From Malacoraja senta (taxonomy: Eukaryota): DNA of 64,000 nt. The notes beneath the pieces are model-generated. The model saw nothing but the letters and a program-made list of their open reading frames with translations, was not told where the DNA came from and did not search any database. Location of the stretch: NCBI GenBank assembly GCA_038087875.1, contig CM075978.1, positions 81,530,001 through 81,594,000 on the forward strand. The letters are read 5' to 3'. The position numbers and the translations under genes are program-made. This document shows positions 63,091 to 64,000 of this stretch, in pieces. Each line of letters opens with the position of its first letter. Within the stretch, counting starts at the first letter, position 1.

Positions 63091-63934
63091 TTAAAAAATA
63101 TATATATATTTTTTATTTATTAGAAGTACATTACATTACAACCACATACATTAGTACTCGTCACTTATGTCTTCTTACAATTAATGTACTCCATTTATTT
63201 TTTACACTAGAAAAGGAAAAGATTGAAAGAAAGAAGAAAGTGAAGGAAAAAGTGAGAGTGTAGAAAATGTGACAACAAAAAAGGACGAAGACCCTATAAG
63301 AGCAAAATTAAAAACAAAAGAAAAAGAGTTAAGAAATAGACACTAGAAAAGAAAGAGAAAGAGGAAAAAGAGAGAAACAAATATTTTTATGAGCATTACG
63401 CAAATGGGACATACCAAATCTTCAACTATCATTCCCCCTTACCTGACCTCAATTTTTTTTTTAAAGGTACCTTTGCACCCTATATTTGTAATAATTCTAT
63501 AAATGCAGACCACGTCAGGTGGAAGTGATCTGGTTTACCTGCTAGGAGGAGTCTTATCTCTTCTAGGTGTAATGTTTCGAACATATTTGAAATCCACATG
63601 TTTATAGTTGGTATTGGAGCCTTCTTCCAAAATTTTAGAATTAGCTTTTTTCCAGTTATTAACCCATAGTCTATTAGTTTCTTTTGAAACACATTTAGTT
63701 CTGGACCATCTTCCGTTATTCCGAAGATAATCCATTCTGCTTTGGGTATCAGTCTTATTTTAAATAACTTTGTAAAGAGTTCAAAAATTTCATTCCAACA
63801 TTTTTGAATTTTTGTACAGAAAACGAATGAGTGCGCTATAGTAGCTTCTTGGGATTGACATTTATCACAAATAGATGATACATTTGGGAAAATTTTATGA
63901 ATTTTAGTTTTCGAATAATATAATCTATGTAATT
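63091..63934 (-). mobile_element. L1-clade LINE 3' fragment inserted in the DIRS RT
   Basis: HRLYYSK..IHK...CDKC.....HSF..C (CCHC), KKLILKFWKK; 10-bp TSD TTATAGACTT (63081-63090, 63935-63944). Confidence 0.92.
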
Positions 63935-64000
63935 TTATAGACTTGACAAGTCTGAATCCTTTTGTTCAGTGTCTGTTCACTTGCAAGATATGAAGTATCT

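Larger units (their letters stand above)
61111..64000 (+). mobile_element. DIRS-type (tyrosine recombinase) retrotransposon, 5' part (terminal repeat, gag, RT start); degenerate; continues beyond the window
   Basis: gag-like FEINYLRK/SAIRP..NPKFAALCK..LLFGEDL; pol KVGGRLRLFYKHWKKITSD..IL..IQGFRIEF, KGVIEE, SNIFP..KKDGGCRIIID|L. The recombinase is not in the window. Confidence 0.85.

Overview
This is vertebrate non-coding DNA, most likely from a cartilaginous fish such as a skate or ray. That call is an inference from HE1-like V-SINEs with CR1-type tails, Deu-domain SINE relics and Neptune-type Penelope elements. I found no host protein-coding gene; almost all listed ORFs are transposon fragments or chance. 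The window is a layered transposon landscape: CR1, Rex1/Babar, L1, L2 and Tx1 LINE fragments, tRNA-derived V-SINEs, Penelope-like elements (PLEs, one with an uninterrupted 389-aa RT-thumb/GIY-YIG frame), a DIRS retrotransposon, a solo LTR, three PIF/Harbinger MITEs, a hAT-type non-autonomous element and a probable Helitron 3' end. Two TE-poor AT-rich blocks (~16.2-26.7 kb and ~29-35 kb) carry enhancer-like sequence and one well-formed candidate exon. The most notable observations are: (1) many minimal hammerhead-ribozyme motifs, including 80-90 bp hammerhead/pLTR-only inserts with their own target-site duplications (TSDs); (2) several independent local fold-back duplications, the largest with 296-bp arms at about 95% identity; (3) a probable 68-nt leader intron in the DIRS element; (4) multi-level nested insertions. 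Family names come from motif recognition by eye, not database searches, and the boundaries of old repeats are approximate.
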